The notes below the pieces were generated by a model that was not told the DNA's origin, did no database searches, and saw nothing but the letters and a program-made list of their open reading frames with translations. From positions 62,930,001 through 62,994,000 of the forward strand of contig JANJGN010000004.1 of NCBI GenBank assembly GCA_026770705.1: a stretch of DNA of 64,000 nt, in the 5' to 3' direction. The stretch comes from Isurus oxyrinchus (lineage: Eukaryota). Each line of letters starts with the position of its first letter. Within the stretch, counting starts at the first letter, position 1. Of the stretch, positions 59,904-64,000 are shown piece by piece. The translations under genes were made by a program, and so were the position numbers.

Positions 59904-60662
59904 CCAACCTTTATGTGAACAAGTGTCTCCTACTTTCACTCCTGAAAGGGCTGGCTCTAATTTTTTGATTGTCCCTCAATCCCAGACTCCCCAGCTAGTA
60001 AAAATAGCTTCTATCTACCCTATCTGTTCCCTTTAATATCTTGAAAACTTCAATCAATCACCCTGTAACCTTCTAAATTCCAGGAAATACAACCACAGCT
60101 TGTTTGGTAAATCTACACTGTACTCCCTTCAAGGCCAATATATCTTTCCTAAGATTTAGGACCCAGAACTGCTCATGGTGCTCCAGGTGTGGTCTGACCA
60201 GGGCTTTCATTATTTAGAAAGTACCATGTTCTAACCATTTTAGGTCTAAAGTGAATGACCTCACTTGTCTACATTGAAATCCATTTATCAAAGTTTTGCA
60301 CATTTAATCTGTTAATATCTTTTTATAATTTTATGCTTCCTTCTAAACTGTTTACAATGCCACCTTTCTTTGTACCATTGTCAAATTTAGATATGTCGTT
60401 TTCTATCCCATCATCTAAGCCATAATTAATTAATAAAGTGAATAGTCAAAGCCCCAATACAGATCCTTGCAGGGCATCACTTATCACATCCTGCCAATTA
60501 CAGTACCTTCCCGTTATTCCTACTGTCTCCTTCTGCTCAGGCAATTTCCTAACTAGGTTAATAATTTGCCTCCAATCTGATAAACTAAAACTTTAGCTAA
60601 CAGTCTCTTATGAAGGACTTTATCAAATGCATTCTGAAAATCTAGGTAAATAACATACATTC

Positions 60663-63085
60663 CATAGAACCATAGAAAAGTTACAGCACAGAAGGAGGCC
60701 ATTCAGCCCATCATGCTCATGCCAGCCCAAGGACACCCAGGTTCCTTTCTAATCCCACCTTCCTGCATCTGGCCCATAAACCTGCAGTTTGCAGCACTTA
60801 AGATGCAGGTCCAGATACTTTTTAAAAGAGTTTAAGAGTTTCTGCCTCTACCACCAACTTGGGCAGCGAATTCCAGACACCCACTACGCTCTGCGTAAAA
60901 AAGTTCTTTCTCATGTACCCCCTACACCTTCTGCCACTTATCTTGAATCTATGCCCCCTGGTTCTAGAATTCTCCACTAAGGGAAACAATTTTATCCTGT
61001 CCACTCTATCTATTCCCCTCATAATTTTGTATACCTCAAACAAGTCACCTCTCAGCCTTCTTTGTTCTAAGGAAAATAACCCCAACCTATTCAATCTCTC
61101 CTCATAGCCACACTTTTCCAACCCTGGCAACATTCTTGTAAACCTCCTCTGCACTCTCTCCAGAGCTATTACGTCCTTCCTGTAATGTGGTGACCAGAAC
61201 TGCACACAATACTCCAGTTGTGGCCTCACTAGTGTTTTATACAATTCCAACATTATATTCTTACTTTTATATTCTATACCTCTGCCAATGAAGGAGAGCA
61301 TTCCATATGCCTTCTTTACAACCTTGTCTACTTGAACTGCTCAGGGAGCTGTGTACTTGTACGCCAAGATCTCTCACTTTATCTACCCCTCTTAGTATAT
61401 TCCTATTTATTGTGTAATCCCTGTAACTATTTGACCTCCCTAAATGTATGACTTCACACATGTTAAAATCCATCTGCCACTTTACCGCCCACTCCAATCC
61501 ATCTATATCGTTTTGGAGATTAAGGCTATCCTCTACACTATCCACTAACTGGCCAATCTTTGCGTCATCTGCAAATTTCCCAATCATGCCCCCCATGTTC
61601 AGGTCCATGTTCGTTAATATATAACACAAACAGCAAGGGTCCCAACACTGAGTCCTGTGGAACACCAGTTGAGAAACTTTCCATTCGCAAGGGCATCCAT
61701 CAACCATTACTCTTTGTTTCCCGTTACAAAGCCAATCTTTTATCCAGTTTGCCACATTACCCTGAATCCCATGGGCTTTTACTTTCTTGACCAATCTGCC
61801 ATGTGGGACCTTGTCAAATGCCTAGCTAAAATCCATGTACACAACATCCACTGCACTACCTTCATCAACCCTTCTTGTCACTTGCTCAAAGAATTCAAGC
61901 AAATCTATGAGGCAAGACCTTCCTTTAACAAATCCATGCTGACCATCCCTGACTAGTCCATGCCTTTCCACATGACAGTTAATCCTATCTCTCAGGATTG
62001 ATTCCACTAATTTGCCCACCACTGATGTAAGACTAACTGGCCTATAATTGTTTGGCATTTCCTTTGATCCCTTTTTAAACAATGGAACTACGTTTGCATT
62101 TCTCCAGTCCTCCGGTACGTCCCCTGTATCTAGTGTAGATTGGAAAATCATCCTCAAAGCATCTGCTATCTCCCCCCTGAGTTCCTTCAGCAGCCTCAGA
62201 AACAATCCATCTGGCCCTGGTGACTTATCAACTTTCAAGGATTTCAACCTTTTGAGCACTTCCTCTCTCTTTATGACTATCCCTTCCAATATTTCGCAGT
62301 GTTCCTCCTGGATATCTACATCCTCCCTTTCCTTTGTAAACACGGAGACAAAATATTCATTCAAAATCCTTCCCACAGCCTCTGCATCTACACACAAGTT
62401 TCCATTTTCATCTCTGATTTTTCCTTAACTGAACTGCATTAATGTATTGGTAAAACATCTTTGGGTTATCTTTAACTTGACTTGCTAATCTTTTTTCCTT
62501 TCTCTCTTTGATTTCCTTATTTCCTTTTTTACTTTGTCCCTGCACTTCCTATATTCGTCTAGGCTATCTGCAGTGCTTAGTTCTTTGTGCCCATCGTACG
62601 CTTTATTTTTCTGTTTGAGCTTCCCCTGTACTCCTCTAGACAACCAGGGGGGTCTAGATTTGGCAGTACCACTCTTATTTTTGTAGGGAACACGTCTACT
62701 TTGTATAATTATGATCTCGCTTTTTAGTGCTTCCCACTGGTTTTCCACTGTTTTATCCTCCAGCAGTGCTGTCCAGTCCACCTCAGCCAAGTCCCTTCTC
62801 ATTTCTGCAAAATTTGCCTTCCCCCAGTTCAAGACTTTTACTCCTGCCTTATTTCTGTCCTTTTCTATGGTAATGCTAAATCTAAGTGAATTGTGATCAC
62901 TGTCCCCGATATGGTCACCAACTGTCACTTCACCCACTTGCCCTTCTTTGTTCCCCAAGACTAGGTCTAGAATTGCATCTCCTCTTGTTGGGTTTGTCCC
63001 TAATTGGTTGAAAAATTTTTCCCAGACATATTGCATGAGTGTTTCTCCCTCAGTGCCCCTTATGTTGTTTGAATCCCAGTTGATA
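60663..63085 (-). mobile_element. Younger CR1 LINE, 5'-truncated ORF2
   Basis: ORFs 62485..63036, 61822..62397, 61267..61794 and 60822..61301 carry SDHN, QHGFVKGRSCL, FADDAK and LVRPQLEYCVQFWSP. The tail is (ttctatg)2-like. Confidence 0.93.
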
Positions 63086-63104
63086 TTAAGGATTCATATT
63101 CAGT

Positions 63105-63332
63105 TGACATTCAGATGAAAGGTCACAGACCTGAAACATTAACTGTGTTTCTCCACAGATGCTGCCAGACCCACTGAGTGGCTGGGATTTTCTGGCCTTG
63201 TTGCGGGCAGGACCTGCCACAGGTGAGGCTGTACCCCAGTCAGAAGTCCATTGACTTGTGGCGGGAGCGGAAGATCGTGTCGGCGGGTGGATGCAGAAAA
63301 TCCCACCGAGTATTTCCAGCATTTTTTGTTTT
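63105..63332 (+). mobile_element. Penelope-like terminus containing a ~120-bp MITE (63185-63304)
   Basis: cagatgaaaggtcacagacctgaaacattaact is hammerhead-like. The inserted segment has TIRs gggattttctg and cagaaaatccc. Confidence 0.6.
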
Positions 63333-64000
63333 AATCCATATAAATTTCCCTATCCACTACACTAGTCACCTATTCAAAAAGCTCAGTCAGATTCATCAGG
63401 CATAATCTATTCTTTACAAATCCATGCAGGCTCTCGATGAGCAGAAAATTTTCAAAGTGGTCAGTCATCTGATAAATAATTACAGACTCTAGCAATTTCC
63501 TGACAACAGATGTTAGGCTAACTGTTCTATAATTCCCCAGTTTCTCTCTGTTACTTTTCTTAAAGAGGAGAATGATATGCACAATTTTCCAACCTAAAGG
63601 AAGGTTCCTGAATTGATAGAACTTTGGCAGGTTATAGTTTGGACATCTGAAATGTTCTCACCTCCTTCCTTTAAAATCATGGGATGGAAACAAACAGCTC
63701 TGGGGATTTGTTGCACTTTAGTGCCATCAATTTTTCCACAACAGTTTTCTTGCTAATGTTATTTTTTGCTGTGTCCCTGATTCAATAACAGTTTTCTTGG
63801 GATGTTTGGCAGGCTAATCTCTTCATCTATTGTAAATACTGGTGCAGAGTAATTATTTAGAATGTCCACCATTTCCTTATTTTCACTGACATCACCATTA
63901 TCAGTTTTCAAAGAGCTCAGATTCCTCTTGACCACCCTCTTTTCTTAACATAATGGTAAAAGTTGTGTTGATTTTGATAGCCCTTGCCAATTTCTTTTCA

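Larger units (their letters stand above)
58780..64000 (-). mobile_element. Old CR1 LINE interrupted by a solo LTR, a younger CR1 and a Penelope-like fragment
   Basis: The 3' UTR is at ~58780-58946. The RT segment at 59909-60660 (YLDFQNAFDKV) continues at ~63340-64000 (GNYRTVSLTSVV, HGFVKNRLCL). Confidence 0.7.

Overview
Eukaryotic, repeat-rich vertebrate DNA. The repeat families (CR1 LINEs, Penelope-like elements, Deu-domain SINEs) suggest a cartilaginous fish such as a shark; this is an inference. The window holds two host genes arranged tail-to-tail, as in human 9p13. POLR1E (RNA polymerase I subunit PAF53/RPA49) is complete on +: 12 coding exons from 3415 to 47751, 1251 nt, 416 aa, all splice phases consistent, and intron 7 carries U12-type (minor spliceosome) signals. 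The last four coding exons of FBXO10 lie on - (58058 to 53247) and end in a CaaX box, CSIL. Introns are filled with CR1/L2 LINE fragments, Penelope-like elements bearing minimal hammerhead ribozymes (several as palindromes with target-site duplications), SINEs, DNA-transposon remnants and a solo LTR. The most unusual feature lies just upstream of POLR1E: a decayed Gypsy LTR element whose pol region is replaced by an intronless coiled-coil reading frame containing a clear fragment of the nuclear-basket protein TPR. All protein and repeat identifications come from my manual translation and recall of homologues, not from database searches.
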